A stretch of 64,000 bases of DNA from Marsupella aquatica (lineage: Eukaryota; Plantae; Marchantiophyta). The position numbers and the translations under genes were made by a program. The notes beneath the pieces were generated by a model. It was not told the origin of the DNA and searched no databases. It worked only from the letters and a program-made list of their open reading frames with translations. The first letter of the stretch is position 1; each line of letters starts with the position of its first letter. Shown piece by piece: positions 1 through 12,802 of this stretch. Location of the stretch: NCBI GenBank assembly GCA_973895155.1, contig OZ316898.1, positions 5,629,079-5,693,078 on the forward strand, read 5' to 3'.

Positions 1-2726
1 GAACGTACTCACTATACAAGCTCGTCCGTGGGGATTTGGGGACCAAGCTCTTGAGCGGAACTGGAACCAAGAGTCCAGGTGAAGATGTTGAAGTTGTATT
101 TGAGGCTATTTCTCAAGGTAAACTTGCAGGGCCGTTGCTCCAATGTCTTACAGGTTGGAACGGAGCACCTGGACCATTCTAATGGGTCGATTCCGAGCGG
201 CAGCTTGGCGACAAAACGATTCCTCGAATTCACACCTAGGAGAAGAAGCCCCTAGCGGACACTTTCTGGGCTAGATTTTTTGTACAATATTTACATCCTC
301 GTCCGCTGAATTCCTTCTGGGTGGGCGTATCAGGCGAAGCTTGATCGAATACAGTATTAGGACTATGGGTTTAATTCTAAAATAATTGGTTACAGATTTT
401 AGAGTAGTTGAGGAGTGTTACTCTTCGCATGAGCAGGTATTCTCCTCTCACACCACAGTTTTCTTCAAAACTCTAGTATCCAGCTTCTAGAATGCACGCA
501 GCGCAATGCAGTCTTAGAGTAGCAGAGAAACGATGTTATTTACTCAATCTTAGAGTGGAGAAGCTGGCGAGTAGAAGTCAAAAGAACTTCTCGATCATGT
601 ACACAGTTGTAATCAAATTCAAGTGATTGTTTGCTCCCATCGAAGACAACGTTGTCCCACTCAAAGATGAGTTGAAGGTGCTTTAGTCTCGAATTTTTAG
701 TTCGGTGTTCTACAACAAGTTTACTGTTTTCTAGATTGGTTTATGCAAGAACGGAGTTTTGTTGGCCTCGTGCTGCCTTGGGTATTTCCGGTCGGGTTGT
801 CCCGAAACCTCTGACCGCCCAAAAGTTTCGGCTGTGTATATGATTCGGTGGACACAGCAAACTCGTTTCATCGTTTTTAGGCTTCCTATACGATGGGGAA
901 CAGACAGAATAAGGAGCACAGGGAAGTGTGGAACGAAGTTCGGGAGCAGAACGATCGGAACTAGATTGACGGGTATCGTTGATAAGGCCGGGGCCATCGT
1001 AAAACTCCAGCATCAAAGCAGCGGATATTGAAAATTCGCTTAGGGAATCTTGCTTAGTTACGTGGAAAGAGGCTGTAGGATGTCGAAGTTCGAAGCTTGG
1101 AGAAGTTTGAGCTAACCCTCGAGGGAAGACACTTGGGAGGTTGGACAGGTGACTGAGTCTAGACCAATTTGAAGGTTGAACACTTCTGGATTAGAGAATC
1201 CAGGGATTGGAGAGTTTACTAAATAAAATTGATGAACGTGGATCGAAGATGTAGATGATTCTCCAGCGGTTTCTTTAACTGAAAAGTGCATTTGTGTAAA
1301 CTAACTGACCCGAGGACGGCATGGTAGGACGTGAAGGCTTGTGTAAAACTTTCGAACTAGTTGCGGTAAATAGACGAGCTGGGAAGGTGAGAAGAATGCT
1401 CTGGGTAGGATCAGGGCATCATGGTCGCTTCCTGACACTAGTGTAAGCTTTCCAGCGGAAGCTATGTCAAGTGTTATATCACGACGGCAGTGGCGCTGTT
1501 CCCTAGGAGGAGCAATTAGCAACCCTGCATGCGCCAGCGTGATAGTAATTATGAAAATGGGCCTGCGAGGGATAATTACTTGACAATGCGAAGGAGGTCG
1601 GATGGAGACCGGGCAGTACAGAGGACCGAGTTCCGTAGCGATCTGCTGGAAAGTGCCAAGAGATGCATCTAGATTCGATTCTGAGTTGTTTTTTGGTCAT
1701 GCAAGTAGCGTATTTCGCGACAGAGGGCGACTAGACATCCGTCATCGGACAGAAAAAGGGTCCTTGGATCAAAGCAGCAGTCGCGTCCCATTTGCATGAT
1801 CTTCTGCTGGAGCTGATTGAGCGGCCAATTGGGAAAGGCTGGTCTCGCAATAATTCAGACCGTGTCTGTGGTGGAGGACGAGGAGGGAGGGGCGATAGCC
1901 AGGGCAATCAGGCGTGAAGGTCGCTCCCATTACTCGGCGCAAGGGCAGGCCAGGCTAGACCACATCCTGCTTTCACCTTTCTGCCTACTGGACCCTCGCA
2001 TCCTCACCCAACAGTATCCATATTTGACGCGTCCCACCGTTAGTCCCGCTTCGCTTTTCCTTTCTTTTCAATGCATACGGCAGTTTTGTTGTGGGGTTTG
2101 ATTGCATTGATCCTCTCTCACCAAGCCACTCCCTACGCCTTTGGCGTCATCCTGGCATTCGAGGACATGTGTCTCGCAGAGTTCTTTCTCCACTGCGGCC
2201 CCAGTGCCCCACCTCACCCACGCCAAGGCATGACCATTATTAATGCGCTGGGGACGGAGGAGAGAGACTCTGCATCTCTCACTACTTGCCCAGATCAGAC
2301 CAGCCCACCACATGTTCTCGCTAGGAAAAGGTGTACTTCCACTGTGCACAACGTTGAACTAATTGCCCAGCCCACAGGTGAGCAGAAGCGTAGTCGTGAC
2401 AAACCTGAGGCAGGAATGGTCAATGGAAGGACGCCTGTCAAATCAGCTCCTGCCATTCCCTTCCTCTCCCTGCTGGCCCCTTCCCTTTCGTTGAACTGCT
2501 CTGCCCCCGGTTATTCGTTGGTACAGTACTCGTTGCTCATCATGCTTGACGTGAAACATCGTTGTAGCTAAACTGTCCATGGGCGTACAGCATACAATGC
2601 AATTTGGGATGGTAGGGGTACGTTACCCTTATCAGCTCCTGATGGATCGGAGAAAGTCCCAAAGGTAACTGTTCTTCGGAAGATTGATAAAACTTCCAGA
2701 CTAGGCCGACGTCTGGAAGAAAAGAA

Positions 2727-2854
2727 TATTGGACTAGGTTTTAGTGTAGCTGTGCATTATTCTAGCAAAGACGGAGCAAAGCAGTTCCGTTATTGGACTA
2801 GGTTTTAGTGTAGCTGTGCATTATTCTAGCAACGACGGAGCAAAGCAGTTCCGT
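2727..2854. repeat. Near-perfect 64-bp tandem duplication
   Basis: tattggactaggttttagtgtagctgtgcattattctagcaa(a/c)gacggagcaaagcagttccgt at 2727-2790 and 2791-2854, one mismatch. Confidence 0.95.
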
Positions 2855-4129
2855 TTTCCTCCTGTGACTAGTGCACACTTCCTGAACGGCAGAGAGAGAG
2901 AGAGAGAGGATACTGATGTGGAATCGTCTGTGTTCGTAGTAAGTTTGAATGGCGATTCATTGTCAGGTGAAATTGTGCATAAAGAAAATATTAGAGAGAG
3001 GAATGCAGCCACCCATCGGCACATATAGCGATTGAACATATGAGAATAGAAACAGTAGGACCGTTGTCATTGCAGGTGGGGATGAGAAGAGTATCACACA
3101 TTTGATTCCATGTCATCGAAGGCAAGAACAGCGATACCAGTATGACATTCGCCAATCAGAGATGGAGGGAAAGACCATAGATTTTGGCAATGGATCTAAT
3201 GGCACTGCCGGTAAGCGGCCATCTGAAATTCTGGCGTATAGTCGCTGGGAAATGCATATGTGCTTGCTTTTCTGCTACGGTCAACTTTGCTCCCAGCAAT
3301 GTGTGGTATCTCTCATCCTGATCCAGCTAAAGCTCTGGTCCAACAGGACAAAGAGATGTGACAAAGTGGTGTGTTGTCTTTCATCTCATCTAACTCAATT
3401 TCTAATCGAAGAGGATAAAGCGATGTTTTGTTTTTCATCCTGATCCAGCTGAAAGCTCTAATCCAAGGAGAGGAATCAATTTGTTGTGTTTCATTGACTC
3501 TACTGAACCTCTAATTAAAGTGTAGAAGGCTGTGTGTTGTGTTTCATCCTGATCCAGCTGAGGCTTTAATCCAAGAAGAGAAAGTGCAGCACAGGCTCTG
3601 ACTCCAGAACGAGCCACTTTAGTAAAGAAGATGCAGAATGAGCAATTTAAGTAAAGAAGATGCAGAAAGAGCTCAAGAATAAAAGAATACCAATTTATTT
3701 ATAAGTGCCAAATAAAGTACAATAGAGTAAAAGCAAAAGAGGTCGGCAGAGGATAAACATGACACACAAAAGAAGAGGGCAAAAGCAAACTCCAAACTGA
3801 GTAAATGATGGGTGGAAAGTCGACCAGTGCAAAAGTATGACTCGGGCAAACACAAAAGATGCAAAAGTGAGATTCTGGAAAACACAAAAGAAGAGGGTAA
3901 AGCAAATTCCAAACTAAATAAATGATGGGTGGGAAAGTATACCAATGCAAAAGTATGATTTGGGAATGGTGCACATCTAGTCTGGTACTCAAATGGAAAG
4001 TAGATGTCCTCTAAGGGGGCAAGCCTCCTCTGAGGTGCACTAAGACCCACAGCCAGAGATCTTCTATGTATTGTATGGGCTTGAGCACACTGTATTGTCA
4101 CTGAAATAGTCTAACTGATAGCACATTGT

Positions 4130-5049
4130 CAACATGGACAGGGAGTGTAAAAGATGAAATTTGGAGTTCTCAAACAAATGGAAGGAAAAGTCCCCAACGC
4201 TAGATTGGAATTACAAAAATTTGCCTCCTTTTGTCCCAAAGTATGCAACACTGTTAAAAACAAATGCACACTTACTCCTACAAATAGTTTCAGGATGCAC
4301 CCTAAATCTCTTGCCCTTTGAAGATTGTACGTCTTGGTCTTTTGTTGCAATAAGTTATCCATATATTTTACTTACCCCCGCAGAGAAGCCATCTGGCCTG
4401 CTCATAATTTCAAAGAGCATTTTTTTCAAAGTGTTATCATTTCAGTTTGGTTTTGTCCAATGAAAGTCTTTTCTTTTCCTTTTCATCCATATGAAGTGGA
4501 GGTAAACCCAGTAATAAGTTTTCAATTTGTTTTTTTATCTTGTGTTTCAAGAAACCTCCTTAAAATATGTGAAGAAGTTTTCCCCTTAATCATTTATTTC
4601 CCAATTGAAATTGGAAGTTCAGTAAAAATAGCTCTATATACAACTCTTGCAAGCTCAGAATCTATTGTGCATCACTTGTTCCCAATGACCATGCAAACCA
4701 TTGTGATATCTGCTAAATATGTACCAATCCCACCTACATACTTCCATAGTACTGGCTAGACTAGGATAGCACTAGTTTGAGTTCTAAGTTCCCATAGTCC
4801 ATGGGAGGGGGTATACCCAAGGGGAACACAAACTTGTGCTCACACTTGAAGGTTCACTCTAGAGTAAAGAGATTGAGAGAGTGAGAGGAGGGGCTTTAGC
4901 AAATTGGCTATAGCAGGTGTAATCATTTTGCATTACTGGATTTCTCTCACAGTTGTGGACGTAGCCCAGATAGGGTGAACTACATACTTTCAGTGTCGGA
5001 GTCTTTGGATAAATGTTCACACATGTTAGATCTAGATCATATCCCAACA
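4130..5049 (-). mobile_element. Degenerate LTR-retrotransposon fragment (LTR-like start plus decayed gag-like sequence)
   Basis: The minus strand begins TGTTGGGATATG at 5049, like an LTR start. Downstream DNA is CpG-depleted and stop-riddled, with a weak gag-like GENFFTY..RRFLE peptide across frameshifts. No TSD or clear PBS seen. Confidence 0.35.
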
Positions 5050-5996
5050 AAATCTCTCAATCCATTTTACAAAAAGTAAAAAATGCGTTGGAACAAATCC
5101 TTGCTGTTTGCCAAAAATGGTACTCCTGGCACCGTTGGATTGCTTCTAAAGCCCTCCTGCCTCACCCGCCAACACACCTTTGCACGGACTACCCCTGTCT
5201 CACCCTAGGTGCACCTGCCCTGGCATCCAACACCTCCCTCACACAGGGAGGGGAGAGAGACAGGAGAGGGAGTCAAAGGAGAATAATGAAATAATCTATC
5301 TAATTCTAAAAAATCTGCCCTCCATTTAGTGTCATGCAACTGCACCTGAACTGTGCCATACAACTGTCACTTTCTGCTGTCTTGTCCTGCCCACCAACAC
5401 CACATTTGTAACAACAACATTGACCATCTATGAATATGACAGTAGTTTTGCAACAAGTACAGCCAAAACAGCAACTTCTCTGCAATAACCACAATAGCAA
5501 ATTGACAACCCAGTTGATCAAAACAACAATTGACTTTCAGAACCACATCACGGTTGCACTGACAACCCAGTCACAAAGATAACATACTTGCAATGATAAT
5601 TGTGCTAGACATGGGCATCGGGTTGAAAGGTTCACTTCCGTGCCTTTGCATCGATTACACTTAAGGTGTCTTGACAACTTCCATGTCTCCACAACAATTC
5701 CTTGCACTATTTTGTCCCGTCTTGACATTTTATGTGCAACAGGGCACTGGGCACAGTATGATTGTGTATTAATACAAAAGAGCATATCATATTTTTCGGA
5801 AATTTTGAGTCTCTTGAGTATTACTAGATCTTGGTTCCACCAAAAGCCTGCATCTACAAACAGGTCATGGTAAGAAATCACCACAAAAACTTAGGGTATT
5901 TTGGTCCTATGATGGGAATGAATGGGAGTGCCTGCACTCTAGGTCTGCCGTTCACCTAGGCAGATAAACACTGATTGGTCTGTTAGGGGCCCTTTT

Positions 5997-6325
5997 ATAG
6001 TGGCAGCACTGATTAAAGAAAGAACCAAAAAAAAACCCTAAAAAGGATATTTGTAGTGCCATCTGTGATTAAAACAGAACCACACAAAAAGAAAATTTAC
6101 AGTGGCAGCTGGGATTGAAAAAAAAAACCCACTCAGAAAACACAGAAAATATTATTTTGTAGTGGCAGTTTACAGTGGCAGCTGGGATTGAAAAAAAAAA
6201 CTTTAGAGTGGCAGTTTTGATCTAAATTACACACAAAAAAGGAAATTTGTAGTGTCAGCTGTGATAATAAAATCACACAAAAAACACACCAAAAACACAC
6301 CAAAAACACACCCAAAAAAAAACCC
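5997..6325. repeat. Degenerate tandem array (tagtggcagctgggattgaaaaaaa-type units) upstream of the small TM gene
   Basis: About 7 recurrences of (t)agtg(g/c/t)ca(g) followed by ct(g/t)gatt and A-rich tracts, spaced roughly 40-55 bp apart; ends in aaaacacacc repeats. Confidence 0.75.
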
Positions 6326-6871
6326 TCCTTGTGCACCAGATAGGGCCAACTATTCCATTTGTCGAGCCTTCTTTTTTTTGCCTCACTGAGTTTAGTACAG
6401 CAAAGAACTTACGAAGCAGGGCCTTCCAGTCCAAGCTTGGTCCTCCAGTGCTCGTCCATTGTTAGTTTCTTCACTCGGAGTTGCCTGAGTGAGTCGAGTC
6501 TTAGTCTGCAGATGATTTGGAGAAGCTGCCATTCTCCCTACTGGAGAGTCCTCGGATCATCATCAGTACAGTAGACAGCCCACATTGCTTTCTTCCACCC
6601 ATTAGAAGCGCTTCTCCTCTTCTCAGTGTCTCTAATTCGGTTTTGGGATTGCAATCGTTTTGGTTTGTTGGTTAGACAGAGGAGAGAGGAGAGGACGATC
6701 ATATTCGAGAGAATCGAATTTCAGCTTGCAGGCACATTCGCTTAAAGCGAGGGAGGGCAAGGAGGAGAGAAGAGTTGCGAGAAAAACAAATCGCGTTAGG
6801 GTAGTCTGGTCAGCGAGGAAGGGAGCTGGACCACGATCAGTGCTGTTGAGGAGCTAAGGAAGGAGGCAAAA

Positions 6872-8120
6872 ATGTTGAGGGTGCGAGCGTCGGCTTTCTT
6901 GGCTGGGTTCGCGGTAGCTTCGGCCGTTGCGATGTATCAACTGCAGAAGGAGGTGTGGGCGAGTCATCGAACGCTCTCTTCGCAGGTCGGCTATGCTCTT
7001 TCTGTCTATGCAACTGGGTTTTTCGCTTGCTCCCCTCTCTCTTTCCCACCGGAGATCATTTCTTTGCAAGCCAATCCTTCTCAGAATTGTCCTCGTCCGG
7101 GGATGAGTGTCGGCTTGCCTGAATTGGGTTTAGGGTTCGTGGACTGAAAGAAAGCAACGAGCTGGTTGCCGATCAGTTTGTCCCAGGAGTGCAGCTTAAT
7201 GACTGTCCAATGTAGCGGCCTCAGTTCATTCCAGAGGCTCCTTGGTCATCTCTACCAGGACTTTAGCAGAACCTTCACGCACTCTATTAGGTGCAGGTAT
7301 TTCGAGTCATAAATGGTCGCTGTCATCATAGATTTGAGAATTCTCGACCTGTAGATGGAGAGCATTAGACCTGGAGGTTGAAAATTCTAGACCTAGAGGC
7401 AGGGAAATGGAGATAGATCTACGGAACGGTGTACAGCATTCTCGAATTGTTCTAGGCACTGATTCTCATGTGCCAAATTAATTTCATATACCAGTATTCA
7501 AGTTAGATCGTAGTTTCCTCAAGTGTTATCGTTCCACATTAAGCTCTAGTTTGGGGACTTTGTGCTGTTCCTGGTTTGGTCTGGGATAGTATACAATTAC
7601 GGACATGACCTAGATCTTCATTGATTTTAGTGCTGATATTAGCTACAATTTGTTTTAGGGTGTCAAAGTTGCTACTCTTTAAGGCCGCAGGTCTTCTGCC
7701 CTACTAACTCTTGCCCTTCGTAGTTGATCGCATTTCAGAGGGAGCTAGTGTCATCAGGAGGTCGAACTGTTGATTTAATGAGAATTATTATAGAAATCGT
7801 TCACTTGTAGTGTCTGGGAATTGAAATGGTATATAGTTATAGGAAAATATCATTCTAAGAAAATGCATGCTATGTAGTTACCCTCGAGAACATTATTCGT
7901 AGCAGCAGCCGCGGATAATTTCATTCATATGATGGTTTTGAAAGTCATTTTCTGTACGAGACATTTGGTGCTTGGCGCCACAATCACATTTTTCTGACAT
8001 CGTTGTTCCCATTGGGATTTGTTTTGGCAGGCGAAGAGTTACCACTCTGATTTGGAGTTGCGTATCAGTAAGCTTGAAAAGTCATCAGGTGTACACCTGC
8101 AGTCCAACGAATCAGACTAG
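6872..8120 (+). CDS. Conserved small plant single-TM protein, 67 aa, uncharacterised (possibly mitochondrial)
   Basis: Exon 1 6872-6985 MLRVRASAFLAGFAVASAVAMYQLQKEVWASHRTLSSQ (cag|gt). Exon 2 8031-8120 AKSYHSDLELRISKLEKSSGVHLQSNESD* after ttttggcag. Resembles plant proteins of the form MLRVRLASFFAG...LD.RIS.LE (recall). Confidence 0.8.
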
Positions 8121-10789
8121 GTAATATTCTTCAATGCTTACTAGTTGACTCAGTTTCTCGACGACTATTGATTTCCGGAGACCCTAAATAATCACCATGC
8201 CGTCAATAATCATGCATTCAGAAGATCTCTCATGGAGATGCAGCAGACTGTGGAATACAATCGGCGCCCGTTTCCACTCTGGGTAGTGAATTGTGACAAG
8301 ATCGAAAGTAACCCAAGGTACATTTGCCAAGAAGGATTACCTCTGGCACGTTTTAGATACAACCTCGCCAAACTCTATTCAATGGAGAGGGGTGCCCTAC
8401 GCGCTTGCAACGCACTCCCAGTCTTCCCTCCCAGTCCGTCAGACTGGTCTGTGGTCCAATGGTCCAAGACCTTCAAACCTCCACCTTTCGTGGTGCTAGA
8501 TCTCACAGAATACACGTGCTTGCATGTCCTTCACTTTGGCTTGCGTCATTCTGGGAGAGCGTTCTCATCCCAGAAAAAAAGGTTCCTTGCGGAGCGCACG
8601 CTTGGTACTCATCACACCCAAGATGCTGAGGCATGAATGTGAATTGGTACTTCTTGAGTCCTCTTTACTTCCTATTTGCCTCCATAGTGACACAGCAGTT
8701 GGGTACTGCTTTCTAACTGCCAATGGTCCCCTGTTGAATGATCCTCTGCAAGACTTGACACGATTATTTCTTGTACTTGAGTCCTGCAAGCCTGCCATCG
8801 CTCCTCAGATACTACTTCAGCTATAATGAACTGCTCCCACAGCCTCCATACAAAGAAATTATTGCATAACCCCTAGCTGAGGAGTTTGATGATTGAAAGT
8901 GGAATGATTTGCTTAGCGCTTTCTTGGTTTAAACAACAAAATGCCTTGCCTGATTGGCGTTCCTGCTTTACGTGAGCTTGTATCTGAAAATGCAGATTCT
9001 TATGCTGGGTGAAATTCATTTCCTAGACTTTAATTGACATGTAAAGATTGGTAAGTACGTTGTGTGAACATGGTTAGAGCGAATTTTGACACCTGTACTC
9101 GTTGCTTTTAGGATATTTACTGCAGAGCTGCTGCGCGGTGACTTCCAAAGCTGGATGCTACTTAATTCCAAGGAAATGTAAGCTAGGATTTTTGAGGACA
9201 AGATGACTACAGCTGTACGTCCCATCGAGTTGACATTTGTCGGCATTCTTTCGTGAATTGTTCATGGCATCAGTGTTGGGGCTTGTCAGCATCTTGCCCT
9301 CAGTATTGAATGGGATTCGCAATTCAATCTCATAATTTCATGTTCTTCCTACCTTCATGATGTTGAAAAGTGAAACACCTCATGAATAGTAGTGATGTTG
9401 GGCGAACATTGTCTTTTTCCTGTTGCACACGCAGTGTAAGTTCGTTCAGAGGTGGACGATGACAACTTGTAGACACTTCACTACTTCAGTGGAGTTCAGC
9501 TTTGTACGTAAGACCCGTCAATTTCCGGGAGAAGTGCTTACGTAAGGACAGAAAAAGCTTTCTTCTGGAACCGCTCGACTTCCCCCACACAAAGAACATG
9601 TTGCAACTACTGTCCATTTAAACACTCTTCTGCAGAACTGTACGCCTTGAGTTGAGATTGGCTGACGGCTGGTGAGATCATTAGGGAGTTTTGGGTTGTC
9701 TAGACATTCGACTCTTAGTTCCAGCCCTTCGACTGAAGAGCAACTTCCCCTGGGGGCTGATAGGTCACCTGTCGTTGGCGCCTCATATCTGTTGATTTGG
9801 CAGAACCTTATAACTTGCAACAAAGTTTAAATATCCATTGTGACTCACATCGTCCTGCATACTAAAGTACGGGGTACACACAACAGCTCTCCCCAGCTCG
9901 AGTGGCGACCATGGGAGTTTCCAAATCAATTGTTCAGAACGAGTGGGTTCACCGTACCAATGACGAAATGATTGTAAAGTGATGAATTGCGACTGAGCAA
10001 TTGCAATCCTCATGTACTCGTCTGTACAAGTTTCATGACGGGATCGCAACTTGTGGTAGCTTAAAAGATTTGAATATTCTTGTGCTCCAAAAGTCTCGTT
10101 AGGTTTGGCATGGATGGCAGCAACTGTTCAACAAGAGAAGGGATTGGGGGAGTGCGGGGTTAATGTTCCCTTGGGCCTCTCGGATGGGTCACAAGTTGCT
10201 ACGAAATTACTCTCAAAATGACGGGACAGTAGCCTGAGTGCCTGAGCTTGGATGTTCATACATGGTACGACTGGTTCCAGTTCCACCCCTAACTAAAGCT
10301 GTGTCCCCAGAGTCAGGGTCTAGAGATTTCAGTTAGTTCCACCCTCAACTGTAGCTGTGTCCCCAGAGGCAGGGTCTGGAGGTTTCACTTGGTTTGGAGG
10401 ACCTTACCCTAGTTTCAGATTGCCCTTCATTAGATAGATATTAAGTATCACTGCCCACATCTTAGACTAACAGATAGGCATGACAGACTTCGTTTTTCAA
10501 AGTTAGCCGACTCAAACTCCCTCTGCAGATTCCTCTTATTGGAGAAAGTACTGGAGAAAATTGAGTTGTAATGTGGAAGTGTACATCATCCCATCTCATC
10601 CCCTCAATGGCCATGAGAGAAATTCTCCAAAATGTGAGTTGCCATGTGGTAGTAACTAGTAAGTTGTCAGCTGGCTGTATTTGTTGTTGAACAGTCCCAT
10701 TACAAGGGATTGATAGGAAGTCGAGGCTTTGAAGGAACATCTGTCTCTCTGTGGCTTCCAACACTGGCAACCACTCTTGCTGGAGAACT

Positions 10790-11530
10790 CCGGCTTGAAA
10801 CTTTGAAACCACCTATATTACTTGCAATCTCGACTTCCATCTTTTGCAGCCCCATGTGTTGGCGCTGTCACTCTTTGGCTTCCAACGTTGACACCCCCAC
10901 TTACCAGCAATCGTTGGCTACCTTCATTGGAGGCCCCAATTATGGACAATCTCTACTTCCAACATTGACAACCCTTATTTCTAATGATCTCTGGCGTCCG
11001 ACTTTGACATCCCTTCTTTTTTGTGTCCAACTCCCAACTTTGACACCCCCTGTCACAGGCAGTCTTTGACTTCCAATTTTGGCACCCCCTACTAGTGGTA
11101 ATCTTGGCTTCCAATTTTACACCACCTACTACCAGTGATTTCTAGCTTCTAACTTTGACAACCCTGTTACAGGATCTCTGCCTTCCAACCATGGCACCTC
11201 CAATTACAGGCGATCTCTGACTTCCAACTTCGGATGACACCCCTAACTAGTTGCAATCTTAGCTTCCAACTTTGACACCCCCTGTTGCAGATTATCTCTG
11301 CCTTCCAACTTCGAAACCCCCTATTACAGGTTATCCCCGACCTCCAATTTTGACAAAACCCCTACTACTGGCAATCTTGCCCACCCCTTGTTACAGACTA
11401 TCTCTGCCTTCCAACTGGAAATCTTGGCTTCCAACTTGGGCACCCCTAGTACCTGTGATTTTCTAGCTTCTAATTTTGACACCCCCTGTTACAGACAACC
11501 TCCGCCGTAAAACTTTGAATCCCCTTATTG
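10790..11530. repeat. ~38-bp minisatellite array, roughly 18 degenerate units
   Basis: Recurring cttccaactttgacacccc(c)t(g/a)ttacagg..atctct(g/t) units. Confidence 0.9.
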
Positions 11531-11974
11531 CCTGAGTTGGCCTTCCTTCCACCTTTACTTATATGGTAGCGGTTGTCCAGGCTGTAATCTTATGACCAGA
11601 AAGTGAATGAAAGTTGGCCCCTAGCAAGAAGCTTTTTTTAGCATTCTGGGTGCAAGCTTTAGGCTACAACCCCTGCCCAGACCTCCTTTACATTACTTAA
11701 TGACAGTCTGGGAAAAGTTTAGTGATCATGAGTTTCTGAGCAAGAAATTATGGAAATAGCAAGTACTTTCAAGTTTACTCATCATGAGTTTTTGGGCAAG
11801 CACCTCCAAGTTTACTGATCATGCTTTTCCGAGCAAGAAATCATGGAAATAACAAGTACTCCATAAATCTTACTTACAAAATGCAAAGAGAAGCTAAAGA
11901 TGGGGTCTAGACTTCTAGAGTGAAGTCTCTAGATGGTAACTCTAGGTAAAGATAAACTAATAAAAACAAAATGG

Positions 11975-12191
11975 AGTGAAGACCAAAACCACGGGTGGGA
12001 GCAAAAGACGAAGAACATAGATTCCCTTGTAATACTTTCTTTATGTTATTTCTATTATCATTCAAAGAATGGGCATTCAAGGCTCCTAATCAAAATGAAG
12101 TGAATACCAAAACCACAGATGGGAGCAAAGATGAAGAACATAGATTCTTTTGTAAGATTTTATTATTATTAATATTCAAAGAATGAGCATT
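11975..12191. repeat. Diverged ~120-bp tandem duplication
   Basis: accaaaaccac..atgggagcaaa(a)gac/tgaagaacatagattc...attcaaagaatg(g/a)gcatt occurs twice. Confidence 0.85.
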
Positions 12192-12619
12192 AGGTTCCAA
12201 ATGATTGCTAGTAATGATTATGAGCAGGGAACATGTATTACTTACACAAATTAAACCCCCTATTAGGGCCTGTCAAAGTTCTCCTATAACACTTTGGTTG
12301 GTTACCGCTTTTTTTCTGATGTACCACCCTTAGGGGGTACATATTTTGGTCACCCATAACAATTCTATCTTGGTCATAAGTACATTTTATGTTCTAAGTG
12401 GTAACTCAGGTACAAGTGTGCTTTGACACACCGTATTACCATTAAACCCCCTATTACCTGAGTTGGCCATTATAAGTGTTTTCACCATGGTCCTTGGTTT
12501 TCCTTTCCGTTCCCCGGTCGTCTGCCTACGTGGTTCGTTCCCGGCGTCCATCGCTCCCTTCGGCTTCGGTTCCTTGCCAGGGTTCTGGGTTTGCCTCCTG
12601 CCTTGCATCCCTCATCCAC

Positions 12620-12647
12620 AACTCAACTCAACTCAACTCAACTCAAT
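12620..12647 (+). repeat. (AACTC)n pentanucleotide microsatellite near the 5' end of the HMA-like gene
   Basis: aactcaactcaactcaactcaactcaa seen directly. Confidence 0.9.
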
Positions 12648-12802
12648 TCTGCGCAGCAGAGTTGCAGTTGCGCAGCTGCCCATCTCATCATTCCCTCCCC
12701 TTTCCCACTTTTCCTCTTCCGCTTCTCAAAAACTGCACTGCATTTGGGCCTCGATCGACTTTTTCAGAGCGCAGAGCAGAGAGATCACACCCAGATCCAT
12801 CT

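Noticed and set aside
759-800. Zinc-knuckle-like peptide CCLGYFRSGCP suggesting a LINE ORF1
   Set aside because: The spacing does not fit CX2CX4HX4C and no endonuclease or RT motifs follow.
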